The notes: generated from the sequence alone by a model not told the origin. A DNA stretch of 64,000 bases from the human T2T-CHM13v2.0 reference genome, Homo sapiens (GCF_009914755.1 NC_060935.1); one strand, 5' to 3'. Positions 1-16,080 are shown, counted from the first letter of the stretch. Program-made: numbers and translations.

Positions 1-511
1 GGAGGCGGAGGTTGCAGTGAGTAGAGATTGCACCACTACGCTCCAGCCTGGCGATAGAGCGAGACTCTGTTCCAAAAAAAAAAAAAAAAGATATCACCTC
101 TCTGGCAAGTTTTCTGTGAAAATCAAATGAGATGATAAGATAACTTGCTTTGGAAAGAAGCCATTGAACTAACATCCCTCTATTGGCTTATTATTTACGG
201 TAGTGAAAAACTAGAAAGAATCTGTGTCTGATAGAAGGGTGTTCATAACCATGAAGTGCTATGTAGACTCTAAATAAGGAAGCAGTAGATACCTGTGTAC
301 CCAGATGGAAGGGAGCCCAGGGCATAGTAACTTAAAAAAGCAAGCTGCAGACTGGGCGTGGTGGCTCACGGCTGTAATCCCAGCATTTTGGGAGGCCGAG
401 GCAGGTGGATCACCTGAGGTCAGGAGTTCAAGACCAACCCGACCAACATGGTGAAACCTGGTCTCTAATAAATACAAAAAATTAGCTGGGCATGGTGGCG
501 GGCACCTGTTA

Positions 512-690
<179 letters not shown>

Positions 691-958
691 TTATTTTATT
701 ATTATTATTATTCTTGAGACGGAGTCTCACTCTGTCACCCAGGCTGAAGTGCAGTGGCGCGATCTCAGCTCACTGCAAGCTTCGCCTCCCGGGTTCAAGC
801 TAGTCTCCCGCCTCAGGCTCCTGAGTAGCTGGGACTACAGGTGCCTGCCAACACACCCGGCTAATATTTTGTATTTTTAGTAGAGACAGGGTTTCACTGT
901 GTTAGCCAGGATGGTCTGGATCTCCTGACCTCGTGATCTACCCGCCTTGGCCTCCTAA

Positions 959-1114
<156 letters not shown>

Positions 1115-1223
1115 TAGCTGGGATTACAGGCATGCACCATCATGCCTGGCTAGTTTTGTATTTTTAGTAGAGACGGGGTTTCACTGTGTTAGCCAGGATG
1201 GTCTCGATCTCCTGACCTCGTGA

Positions 1224-1468
<245 letters not shown>

Positions 1469-1748
1469 TAGAAACAGGTCTGTGTTGCCCAGGCTGGTCT
1501 CAAACTCCTGGGCTCAAGTAATCCTCCTGCTTCAGCCTCCCAAAGTGCTGGGATTATAGGCATAATCCGAGCTACCATACTCAGCATGATCTCAACATGA
1601 TCTCATTTTTATTAACAAAAATTACTTATTTTTTGTGTTTATAAGGAAAAATCCGGCCAGGTGCGGTGGCTCACGCCTGTAATCCCTGCACTTTGGGAGG
1701 CCGAGGCTGGCGGATCACGAGGTCAGGAGATCCAGACCATCCTGGCTA

Positions 1749-2108
<360 letters not shown>

Positions 2109-2802
2109 CTATTTGTTTGTGCATTTATTCTTTTTTGAGACGGAGTCTTGCTCTGTCGCCCAGGCTGGAGTGCAGTGACGGCATCTCGGTTCACTGCAAG
2201 CTCCGCCTCCCAGGTTCACGCCATTCTCCTGCCTCAGCCTCCTGAGAACCTGGGACTACAGGCACCCGCCACCACTCCCGGCTAATTTTTTTTTTTGTAT
2301 TTTTAGTAGAGACGGGGTTTCACCTTGTTAGCCAGGATGGTCTTGATCTCCTGACCTCGTGATCCGCCCGCCTCGGCCCCCCAAAGTGCTGGGATTAAAG
2401 GCGTGAGCCACCGCGCCCGGCTGTGCATTTATTCTTTTTGTAGAGATGGAGTCTCGCTATGTTGCCCAGGCTGGTTTTGAACTCCTGGGCTCAAGCAATC
2501 CCCCTGCCTTCGCCTCCCCATGTGCTGGGATTACAGGCATGAGCCACCACACCCGGCCCCTTTGGCTAGTTTTTGAGACAATCTCTCATCTTCCCAACTG
2601 TACGGGGCAGGTGCTTTTGTTTCCATTTAACAGATGAACAATCTGGGGCTGAGAATCAAGTAATTTGTCCAAGGTCACAGGGGTGCTGATGGTAGACTTG
2701 GTATTACCGGATTAGGGAATCCTTAAAACAAAGATTTCCCCAACATACTCTAAGCCTTTTGAAGAACCACCTAAATGTTTTGCATTTAATAAAAAAAAAT
2801 TA

Positions 2803-3057
<255 letters not shown>

Positions 3058-3645
3058 TCAAACCCTCACCTGATTTTGTAAACAAGTCATTGCTGTCAGG
3101 TGTTTCGGGCTCCAGGCACATCCCATTCTAGGGAAGGGCAGGTTAGTGGCACTCTCAGGGCTGAATGGCCACAGGTAGGCTCCCCTCACCTGGGTCCTTC
3201 CCTGACCGCCAAGGGGGAACCTCTAACAGCACAGGGCCCTGCTACTGAAACAGGTGCTGGCACCAACTTCAAGTGGCAGGGCCCCTGGTGAGCGGACTCA
3301 GAAGTTGTATTAGAATTCCTGTAAAGTCGCTCTGAGGGACTTGGCGGTCATTTGTGTTGGATGGTGACAGAAATGTCTACTGAATACTTACCCGCCAGTG
3401 TGTGTGGAATGGTGAGGCCTCCAGTGAGAAATGAAGTATGGCTCCTGTCTTCATGAAGCTCTGTCCCAGAGGTGGAATTTAAACCAGGGCACCCCAGGGT
3501 CCACCTTAGTGACCCCTCAAAGGAATATGTTCTACAGGACTACGGGGTCAGGTTGGCCTGCATGAAAACACAACTGTCCTACTTATTAGCCACATGAACA
3601 GAAGAACTGCAGCTTCTCTGTGCCTCAGTCTATCTTCCTATGCTA

Positions 3646-4520
<875 letters not shown>

Positions 4521-4714
4521 TGAGTCTAGAAGCCTTCCAGATTCAGGCTGAGGCAGATAATATCGGCAACCAGAAAGAGGAGCTGGGAGAGCTGCAGAAA
4601 CAAGGCTGGATTGGGAGCAGACAAGCTCAGAAGGATGAGGGATGGCAGGAGCAGGTGCCACAAGGCAGTGGGTGCTGCCACTAGCTTTCAAGTAGGAGGA
4701 AGAAAGGAGAAAAT

Positions 4715-5183
<469 letters not shown>

Positions 5184-6607
5184 TAGTAGAGAAGGGGTTT
5201 CGCTATATTGGCCAGGCTGGTCTTGAACTCCTGGCCTCAAGTGGTCCACCGACCTTGGTCTTTCAAGGTGCTGGAATTACAGGCATGAGCCACCACGTCA
5301 TGCAATAAAGCCGTTTAAATACAACCCAAATCTCAAGAGGACTCAGATTAGTAAGACCCATCCCCACTAATGGAAAAACCTTGGGTAGAGCAGGCCAAGA
5401 CCTGGGCCTGGAAAGTGTCGGGGACTGCGGGAAAGCCCTTCCTGGTTGTGTGAGTTCAATTTCCCATCCCAAGGCTGCCTTCAATTTATTTTTGAGATGG
5501 GAGTCTCACTCTGTCGCCCAGACTGAAATGCAGCGGAATGATCTTGGCTCACTGCAACCTCCGCCCGCCGGGTTCGAGATTCTCCTGCCGCAGCCTCCCG
5601 AGTGGCTGGGATTACAGGTGCCCGCCACTATGCCCAGCTAATTTTTGTATTTTTGGTAGAGACAGGGTTTCACCATGCTAGCACTGCTGGTCTTCAACTC
5701 CTGAACTCAACTGATCTGCCTGCCTTGCCCTCCCTAAGTGTTGGGATTACAGGAGTGAGCCACCGCGCCCGACCTGCCTTGAATTTTTAAAAAACAAAAG
5801 CCTTCCCTATAGCTGGAGCCTTCAACCAGTACAGAGAAAGTCAATGCATGCAAAAGCAATTAAACACCAGATGGTGGGGGTTGGAAAGGACTCCTGAGAA
5901 GGAAGGAAAATGCTTGAAGGCACAAGGTGCAAGGCAAGTCCAGCTCCGATCTCTCCTGAAGGGAAATATTATCAAACATTAGTCTGACATTCCCTGAGGT
6001 GCAGGCACAACCTGGTGTTTAATTTCCAGCCTGGTGGCTTTTTCCTCATCAGGGACCGAGCTGCTCAGGTGAGCATAGTATGTGAGCATTAGGGAAGCTG
6101 TGTGCTGACCGAGAAAGTCAGTGCGGAGGTGCCTCTGCCAGCCAGATGAACAGGAATGTGGCAAAAAGTAGGTGTTGAGCAAGCTACAGAAGGATGAAGA
6201 GGTTTTCAAAGAATACAAAACATTGGCCGGGCGAGGTGGCTCATGTCTGTAATCCCAGCACTTTGGGAGGCCAAGGTGGGTGATCAACTTGAGGCCAGGA
6301 GTTTGAGACCAGCCTGGCTAACATGGTGAAACCCTGTCTCTACTAAAAATACAAAAAATTAGTCGAATGTGGTGGCACATGCCTGAAGCTGAGGCAAGGG
6401 AGTTGCTTGAGCCTGGGAGGTGGAGGCTGCAGTGAGCAGACTGTGCCACTGCATTCCAGACTGGGTGACAGAGCAAGACTCTGTCTCAAAACAAAAACAA
6501 AAACAAAACAAAATCCAACAAAACACTTAATTAAGATACAGCTTTATTGGCCAGGCACGGTGGCTCATGCCTGTAATCCCAGCACTTTGGGAGGCCAAGG
6601 CAGGTCA

Positions 6608-6881
<274 letters not shown>

Positions 6882-7441
6882 TTAAAAGGCTGAAATAGTA
6901 CTTGACATATTTCCTTTTTTGGGTCAATTTTATTTATTATTTATTTTGAGATGGAGTCTTGCTCTGTCGCCCAGGCTGGAGTGCAGTGGCGCGATCTCGG
7001 CTCACTGCCAGCTCAGGCTCACGCCATTCTCCTGCCTCAGCCTCTGGAGTAGCTGGGACTACAGGCGCCCGCCACCATGCCCAGAGAATTTTTTGTATTT
7101 TTAATGGAAACGGGGTTTCACCGTGTTAGCCAGGATGGTCTTGATCTCCTGACCTCGTGATCTGCCTGCCTCGGCCTCCCAAAGTGCTGGGATTACAGGC
7201 GTGAGCCACCGTGCCCGGCCTTGGGTCAATTTTAAAGAGAAGCAACAGCCTTTAAGCATTATTTCAATTAAAAGATGCTCAAGTTATACTTAATATTCTA
7301 TTTTTAGATAAAAGGCCCAGGAAGAGAGTCTGAGGGGGAAGCCTCTGATTCTCTACCCTTGCCCTCCACTACACCAATTTCCCCAAGTGTGAAATGCAGA
7401 ACTCACTAAGAAGGCACTCCATGGACACTTTATATTAGTAG

Positions 7442-7660
<219 letters not shown>

Positions 7661-8639
7661 TGATCCTCCCACTTTGGCCTCCCAAAGTGTTGGGATTACA
7701 GGCGGAGCCACCGAGCCCTGCTAATGTGTATTTTATAATGTAATGATTACAGCATCAAACTTGTAATTTCACAAATATCAGTGGGTCAGAATGAAAAAAG
7801 TACATTTCAAGTTGATTTACAAAATTAGGTGGTAATGGGGCTGTGCATGGTGGCTCATGCCTGTAATCCCAGCACTTTGGGAGGCCAAGGCAGGCAGACT
7901 GCTTGAGTCCAGAAGTTCAAGACTAGCCTGGGCAACATGGCGACACCTGTCTCTACAAAAAATACAAAAATTAGCTAGGCATGATGGCATGTGCCTGTAA
8001 GTCCCAGCTATTCGAAGGCTGAGGTGGGAGGATCACATGAGCCTGGGGAGGCTGAGGCTGTTGTGAGCAATGACTGCACCACTGTATGCCAGCGTCGTTG
8101 ACAGTGAGACCCTGTCTCAAAAACAAAAAATCAGGTGATGATGATTGCACAAGCATTGTGAATGTGTTTAATGGTAGTAAATTATAAAATTATAGGGAGT
8201 ATATATTCAGGGCAACTTGAATCTATACTCCAAAGTAAAACAAAATTCTTAAAAATTATACTTAAAAGTGTTTAAAATGGCAAATTTGATTTTGTCACAA
8301 TAAAAACAAACGACACTGGGTAAACAATGGTTGAGCTGGTCTCAGATCTAGTGACGTGAGAGTATGGAGAGGAGTGCTCTTTAGAAGTTGCCCGTCCCCC
8401 ACAGGCAGCAGCGCCCTGCAGGAGCCCGCTGACCAACCAGTTACAAGTGAACCTCTCAAACACCAAAATGGCTGCTTTAAGGAGGGCGCAGCTGCAATGA
8501 GTCACCTCCCAGGGGAGCCACAAAAGCCATAGGTCCTCTAAGCTCCTCTCACTGGGGCCTAGAGGACAGAGAGCAATCAATCTGTGATGAGACACAGGTT
8601 AATTAAAGCACATTTATTGGCTTTTGAATTCTTTCTATT

Positions 8640-8870
8640 CAGTAGTGGTTAGGAGAAAGGGCTCAGGAGTTGGGCAATGTGGTTTGATTCCCAGTGCACA
8701 CCACTTTCTAGCAGGCAACCCAATTTCTTTTAACCTGTTTGCTCATCTGTAAAACGAGGATGGGAAAACTAGCTACCTCCTAGGGATGCTATGAAGCCTG
8801 GAACATGTAGTGGGTATCATGTGTATCCTGCAGCGCCTGATGGTGGTAAACAATCAACATTAGCTAGGAT
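8640..8870 (+). mobile_element. MIR-like SINE
   Basis: agtagtggtt...tttgattcccag...ctcatctgtaaaa core. Confidence 0.55.
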
Positions 8871-9802
8871 AATTATTTGCATATAAGTTCTGATTTTTAA
8901 ACATTTTTAATGAATAAAAATGGGGACGTGAACAAAGGAACACCCAAATGCAGAACTTGGTAGACAAAATCTAAAACCCCCAAGCTGCCACTTGTTTTTG
9001 AGAACAAGTGGACAGCAAAAGGGATCCCCAGTCTGGGAGACGCTTGGCTAAATCAAGTCTGAGGCTTCTTTACTGCCTAATTTCAGAGAGAACATTCTTT
9101 ATTGCAGGGACAACATTCACAAACTTATTTGTGTTAAGAATCCTTATTTCATAGAACATATCATGGTCTAGTACTCAATGCAACCCTCACTGAGAAATGC
9201 TACCCAAGACCCACTCCACATAGAGGGACATGTAGGAGAAGGCTGAGGCCTGGTCCATCCAGCACTATTGAGTAGTCCACAGAGCCTTAGAAGCATGCCA
9301 TTCAGGGGCCTTGTACTGAGGTCAGAGTGAGGGAAGTAGAAGCTTAAGAACTTTGGGCCAGAGCTTTAAAGGTCTGGAGGGAGGAAGACTGCCGGGGCTC
9401 TGGGATTTGGTGCTGGCCAGCAGAGTCCTAGGGAGCAGGGACTCTGCGCACTAGGGAAGAGATGTGCACTGGCAGGTCTGGACCAGCTCTGTTTTGTGGC
9501 AGCCAAGGAGAACAGGAGATGCTCAAAAATTAGGGTGGGCAAAAAAGTTTTAAGGTGTTTCCGCATAAGTAGAAATCCTGGAGAATACAAAAAGATGGGG
9601 AAGGCAGTTTTCTGGGGAGAAATTATGTTTTCCTTCAGGAGCTTTTGGGGGGTTCAGCTGCACATCTTCAGGTACATAAAAATGAAGCCTTATAGGGCAC
9701 CCACACCCCCTCTTCAGGAACATGGCAACCCCACCTGCTCCAAGGACACATCACCCTCCCCAACAATCAGTAACTCTGAAGACATCAGTTCTTCTCAAAC
9801 AG

Positions 9803-9808
9803 TTTAAT
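9803..9808 (-). terminator. CELF1: Distal poly(A) signal ATTAAA (cleavage ~9785)
   Basis: tttaat on +, ending the U-rich block; followed by GU/G-rich ttactgattgttgggg. Confidence 0.7.
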
Positions 9809-10281
9809 AGCAAATAAACAAAGGAAGGTACCACACTTGGCAGATACAAAATGACTTTTTGTCCATGTGTCTGTGCAATTAAAACAGATTTAGGTTCCCC
9901 ATTGGGACAAAAGGAAAAACACACAAAAAAAGGAAGGAGATTCCTTTGAAACACATACTCCCTTGCTCCAAACTTATAACAATTTTTTTTTCTTTTTAAA
10001 TTCACTACACAAACTCTGTGATTAGGTAAGAAAAGCGACGAGGGCTCTCCTTGCCTTTTTTTAAACCATTAAAGTAAAATCCATAATTTTCTACAGAGTA
10101 CAACACAAGTTCACACAAAAAAGACATTTTCTTTTGCAAATCAAAACAGGAAAGAAAGGAAAAGCTCAAACAAGATAAAGGAAAAGCATTTCTACGGCTG
10201 AATCACGACTGAGTTGATTGAATCCCGTTGTTGCTGCAGAACAGACTGTGCGTTTGGTCATAGTGGCAATTTTTTTTTCTC

Positions 10282-10289
10282 TTCACATT
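10282..10289 (-). promoter_or_regulatory. miR-23a/b 8mer seed site (AAUGUGAA); 7mer sites also at 11122-11128, 11964-11970, 13971-13977
   Basis: ttcacatt / tcacatt on +; miR-23 repression of CELF1 is established. Confidence 0.6.
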
Positions 10290-11904
10290 GTGAAATCACT
10301 TTACATTGTTTTCTAGTAGAAAAGGCAAAAAACTGTACAAAACCCCTAGTGTTAAATACAACGTTTGTACCAATAAAAAACTCACACAGGTTTGTCTCCA
10401 AAATGTAAAGTTTCTTTTTTTTTTTCTTTTTAAATTATTCACAAAAAGCAGCTGGAAATCAGAAAGGCAGCTGCCGCTCCAGGGTCTCAAATCCATTAAA
10501 ACCACCACAGAACAATTAAAACAATCAGAGAGAGAAAAGGAAAAGGAAACAACGTCCAACATTTGGCATTTGGTTTTATCCACAGGTTTTCCCAGAGCTC
10601 CTCTTGGAATTGAAAGCAAAATATATTGGCAAACACTGCTTCTCAATACACAGGAAGGGGAGCCTCAGTGCCTCCTGCCAACAGAGGCGGCTCTGTGCAG
10701 TCAGACTGTGGGGTGCACAGCAGTCTCTCAGGCTGGGGTTTCTGGCCTCTTTCCATCCAATCACCCCTTCCAGGAAATTCAGCAGCCTACCAGACACTGG
10801 GCCTCTGCCTGGCTGCCCTTTCCCCCAGGCAGAGCGGCCTTGGGCATAATACCAGGCAACCTGCCAGCCCCAGAGCAGAAACCCTGCTGGGATCCCTTCC
10901 TTCATCAACCTTGGTGTGGAGGATGCTCAATAGCGCTTCCACCTCCCCCTCCCCAGCCCCTAGCTACATCTCTCCACCCTTCCCTGGACAGTCCTACTTC
11001 CCAGCTCACCCACCCACCAGCAGCTTAAGTCTGGGTGGGATCTATCATCAGCTCCTCCCCCTGTAACCTCTTCCCTCCACAGATCCACCCTGTGCTCCTC
11101 TCCTCACCTCTCCCCCTCCACTCACATTCTTACTCAAGTCTCCAAGACCCTGAGGCTGGATGGTGCCACAAGAGAGGAGGGTCAGTTTCCCTCAGGGAAC
11201 CAAAAAACTGGCTTGCTTGGCACCCAGGGACAGTAGCTGTTTGGCTCTCCACCCAATTAAAAAAACAAATCCCTGCCCTTTCCCCCACCCCACTAGCTAA
11301 GCAAGAGCAGAGCTGTGATGAAGAGCCAGTGCCGGGTGGCTGGTGCCCAGGGCTGTAAACAGTGTGAAGACTGTAGTATTGTGCTTGTCACCTAGGAAAA
11401 GCGCCAGCAGGTGAATTGCCGCTTGGTGTGCAGATGGCCTCCTACGGGTGATTGGGAGCGCCCTCCTTCCTCCAGGTGCTCACTGCCCCTAATGTGCTAA
11501 ATAAGCCTCTTACCCACCTGCTGCCACCTTCTAGGCTCTACCTCTGCTTCTCGTGTCTCTCCAGGCCCCCTTCCCACCCTCTCTGAGCAAAGCAGCCAGC
11601 CTCCCGGAAGCCCCGGTAAGACCTGGAGGCCACACGAAGTGACAGTCTAAGTGCACAGGCAAACGCTCTAAGGGCAATAGAGGAGAAAGTTGCCACTTCA
11701 AAATTAAACAATACAATCTTGAAAAAAATAATCAACCCTACAACAATTTAAAACAGCTTCTTTGAAACCCTTTTAAATCGATCAGTTTTTGCACAAACTA
11801 TAGAAAACAGAGAGGTGAAGGTGATATATACGAAGGTGTGAAGAAACAGCAGGAAACATGCAAAACTTTTTTCTGGGCATAATCTTAGTAGGAAAGGAAA
11901 AAAT

Positions 11905-11960
11905 TCAAAACAAAAACACAAAAACAATACAAAAACAAAAACAACAACAAAAAAATCAAA
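11905..11960 (-). promoter_or_regulatory. GU-rich element (UGUU/UUGU repeats) in the 3'UTR
   Basis: Sense RNA UUUUUUUGUUGUUGUUUUUGUUUUUGUAUUGUUUUUGUGUUUUUGUUUUG. Confidence 0.6.
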
Positions 11961-12265
11961 GCATCACATTTTGCTGTGGAGACTGTTGGAACAAGCATGG
12001 GGCTGAGGGGAAGGGGCAGGCGGGATATCCAGGACTCCCCAGAGTCGCTCCAGGGAAGAACCACAAAAGAAAAAGAAAAAGAAAAAGGGCTGGCTGGGGC
12101 CCAAAGTGCAGCCTGCGGTCAAAAAGGAAAGGGGGTTCAGGTGCTCTCCGCAGTTGAGAACTCAGAAGAAAAACAAAAGAAAGAACAATACATGCGGTCT
12201 CCTCAAGCCCCACAGACTGTATCAGCAAAATGTGCTCAGGAGCCTCAGAGGTTTTAGTGACATCT

Positions 12266-12271
12266 TTTATT
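12266..12271 (-). terminator. CELF1: Proximal poly(A) signal AATAAA
   Basis: tttatt on +; U/GU-rich sequence follows on the minus strand. Confidence 0.6.
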
Positions 12272-12743
12272 TCATTGTTTACTTCAAAGTTGTCTTTAAA
12301 ACTAAGCACACAGAGAAACAAAGCCTAGAAACGGACTGGCTGTGTGTTCACAGAAATACAAACACCACGCGGTATGTGCTAGTAGGGCTGCTCTGAAGAC
12401 AATTACAAAGAATTGGAATCACAAAATCAAGTGGTTATCTTATGAAGTTCTAGAAAAATAGATTTTTTTTATATTCAAATGCAAGTTTAAATATTTCCCC
12501 TTCAGCAGTCGTTCTAGCAAAACCAATTTGGCAGCACAAAAGGAAAAAAAAAGGAAAGAAAAAAAGAAAAAAAAACGAAGAAAGAAACAAACATAATAAA
12601 AATACACATCAGCATCAAAGGTCAACACAAGGTCAAAGGTGAGAGTTCAAGCATCAGAGAAGCTGAAGAGACAGGGATTTGGACGATGTACTTGACGCCA
12701 CATCGACATGCTTTAGGCACAACGATGAACAAACGGCAGGAAT

Positions 12744-15700
12744 CTAGAAAAAAAAACAAACCAGAAAGAGGGAGACCCACTGAGTTACACAGAGCAATAC
12801 ATCCAAACAAAGAGAGAGAGAACAGGAACACTCACTGTGTGTACAGCCCTGAAATGAGGTGGGCGGGCAGGGGTTGGGTAATGACAGGGAACTTTTGCAC
12901 ATGCTAACAATGGACACAGGGAAAAGTCAAAAAGGACATGGAGGACACCAAGAACACATCTAATTGCCAGAGACAGAAGGGAACCTAAGGCTTGGATTTT
13001 CCATGAAGCACCCAACTCCTAAGAGAAGGTCTCCAGGGGAGCAGAGCCTCAGCCTCTCTCCCCACTCCCTGGTCACAACCCAAGGGGAAGCAGAAGATGC
13101 TGGCTGGGGTGGGGAAAATTTTTCAGGGAAGAGGACCAGAATTTCTGCTCAATCTTATGGGGATGGCCCTTTGTTCCCAGAAATCCAAGCTCTTAGCTTC
13201 CATCCAGGCCCTGGCCACTCAAGGGGAACCCAGGAGACAGTGGTCTGGCTGCATTCAAGGCAAATCAATTTCATGATGTAACCCAAGTAAGAAACAAAAC
13301 TACAGCAGAAAACACATTGTAAGTGAAACCTTCACACAACAGAAAAGGATTGCTTAAGACTTGACAGCGAGTCTCCACTCTGAGCTGAGCCCTTTCACAC
13401 GTGAGACTTGTAGGGGAGCAGCTTCTTCACAAAACCATCTTTGGCCTGGGGAAAGAACTGTGCTCAAGGGCAGTGCTACTGCTGTGCTAACTCACTGGGC
13501 AGGGGGAGGAGAGAACAGAGAAGTGCATGGTCTCACCAGCTGGCTGCTCAAGCAGCCCAGGACCCTGCTGGGGCGAGCATTCCTTTTAGAAAAGAAAACC
13601 CATCAGCAGGTATGAAGCCCTCAGGGTCTGGTATCAAAGGTGGGTGGATTGCACCTTGGCCTCTTATGTCATTAGGAAAGGGGTTTCATAAGGTCCCAGA
13701 GCCCAGGACAAATCCATGGACAAATAATGGTGAGATGGGGGAAGGCGGAGAGAAGAAGGGGATGTGGGAAGGGAGTGGCGTTCTGGCTAAGGAGGAAGAC
13801 AGAACAGAAGGCTAGGGAGCACAGCACCGGCAGCACCCTATGGAGCACAGCTCTCTCCTCTGCCAATTCACAGCATTAACACCTTCCCCTTGGGCAGGTT
13901 AGCTGGGCTGCAAACGGGCCACAGAAAGTCAGTAGTTTCAATCATACACAGCACCCTGTGTGTATAACAATCACATTCTGGATTCTACAAAATCCTGGCC
14001 TTTTCCAGAGATATAATTTAGGTAATAAATATTCTCCACCCCGGAGCTGTATAAAACTTCTATAAAAATAGAAACGACATTCTTGGTTCCAGCCGGTTGG
14101 GATTCAGAACAGCGCCTCCCCAACCTAGCATTTTTTTCTTTTTTTTTTTGTTTTCTTTTTTCTTTTTTATTTTTATTTTTTGCATTTATTTAAAAAATCC
14201 CATCATGACCCTGGAAGCCTTTAGAACAGTTTTATCCTTTGAAACACAGGACACATTTCTCCCAGTGCGCAGAATTTCAAGTTTACGTGGTTCAGCTTAA
14301 GAAGTGTATGTTTCACGTTCCTTAGAGGACAACAGACCCAAGTTATCACTATGAGAAAGGAACAGCTGTCCCAGCTTCAATGGGATAATCCAACACCACC
14401 AGCTACCTGTACAACAGTAAGATGGTCAATCCCTGTCTGTTACCCACAGGGACAGCATGACAAGGAGAGAGCCCCCATCTGACTTAATAGCAAACCAACC
14501 CCTTTATTCTTATCTCTGCTGCTAGGGGTCAAGACTGGTATTTGTTGAGGTTTCAGATTCCAGAGACCCAGGGATCCCATCCCTGGCTGTGGCTACAGTC
14601 ACATCTTAACAGGGCCACCTCTGCCCAGGTGTACATTCCCAACAGCATGTCCTTCCTGGTTCTCTACCCCCACAGCACTTCTTAGAGCAGAGGCAGAGCC
14701 CAGAAGCTGTGTGGGTCACAGGCAAGAGCTGAAGTAAGACCTGCAAGAGGCGGCAGGGAGCTAACTGTAGCACGAGGACAAAAATGAACACGGTAATACT
14801 GAGGTAAATGAACACTCAATTCATGTGGAGGCTGTAAACGTCCTGATGTCACCTCTGCCTCAAGAGCAGAAAATGTGACTGGAGTGGTTACAGGAGGGGC
14901 CTGCCAGACCCCTGTGGGAATACTACATCTGGGACACCTCAATCAAGGAGGCAAGGGAGAATTTCTGGCCACTGGCAAATGAAGCATACTGGCTTGCAGG
15001 GACCTTCTGATTCAAGTACACCAAGAAATAAGCTCCTCCTCCCCCAACTAGATGGTATTGATCACTCTGCCCACAAATGGTACCCCCTTCAGCAAGAACT
15101 GCAAGCCCTTCTTGGATTTGCCTTCATGAGAAAATGGTGGCTTGGGATGGAGGTGACATTCCTTGCTGTGGTGAACTGCAAAGAAGGAAACCAGGCAATG
15201 TATTCCATAGAGGCCTTTAAAGAGACCCGTTGGAAATGGGCCATGGTCTAATTTGGTGTTGAAATAAACTAACCTCTTTGGCTGTTTCTCCCAAACTGCC
15301 ACCAGCCAGGCAAGGCCAATCCAATACTGACTGCTGGCTGGGGGAGCTCGTAATGGGTGATGCCGCCCTGCTTTTTGCATATGTCAGGCTAACAGGTGCT
15401 TTATTTCCAGAGAATTGTTAATGCCCTTTTTTGAAAAGAGCAGCAGAAATTCCGGACAAGAATCTGAAAAATAGGTGTCAAAAACTATTTCCCAGAAGGT
15501 AGCTGTACAGGAGTTTGAGTCTCCAGCTGCCAGGGCATTAGGTGTCTAGTCACTCCACTCTTCCCCAAAGCCGCTCTGCTCCCCACAGCTCCCAGGTGTC
15601 AGTTCTCATTCTACCCACCCTCACACTAAGAGAGGTTCTGGGGGTCACTTTTTTGTTCCACTCAGTCCTCTCTCTTGGGGTGGTTTGGGGCAAATCCTGA

Positions 15701-16041
15701 TCATCGTCTGTGTTAAATGTTTCCCTGTCCCCCTTCCCCAGGGTGGTTTGGTGTTGGTCCTTCTCAACACACACTGGTTACAAACACAGCAAACTTTAAA
15801 TAAAGGAGAAACAAAAACAAAAACAAAAAAAACCTCAGGATATGGCACCTAAACTCCAAAGTAAAACACTGGAAACCAAAGCACAAACTTGTCCTCTGTA
15901 CGAAGCGAAACTCCCACAGAAGGCAGTAGCCGAGTCTTCAGGGCAAGCTGTGCCTGCGAGAGTGGCAGGGATCAGGGTCCAGGGCTGTCAACACACAGCC
16001 TCAGGGCTTCGAATCATTAAGGGTGCTCCTCCCCCACTTAC
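12744..16041 (-). other. CELF1: Alternatively spliced 3'UTR intron (3298 nt)
   Basis: Donor CTG|gtaagtgggg 39 nt after the stop; acceptor ctttctggtttgtttttttttctag|A at 12743. Confidence 0.75.
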
Positions 16042-16080
16042 CAGAAGACCCTCTCACTCCAGTCTCAGAGGGGAGCACGC

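Larger units (their letters stand above)
9785..16080 (-). other. CELF1: Long 3'UTR (~6.3 kb), free of Alus, rich in U/GU tracts
   Basis: Follows the stop codon; no interspersed repeats recognised, unlike the flanks; ends at a PAS with a GU-rich downstream element. Confidence 0.8.

Noticed and set aside
8350-8480. CRE-like gtgacgtga, YY1-like aaaatggctgc and a partial CTCF-like cagcgccctgcagg downstream of the gene
   Set aside because: Short or imperfect motifs that occur by chance; chromatin data would be needed
8613-9103. Extra minus-strand AATAAA hexamers (8613-8618, 9098-9103) beyond the distal PAS
   Set aside because: Could be read-through ends but cannot be distinguished from chance in AT-rich DNA
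10306-11028. 240-aa plus-strand ORF antisense to the 3'UTR
   Set aside because: No true ATG start, low-complexity composition, no recognisable domain; an expected by-product of UTR sequence
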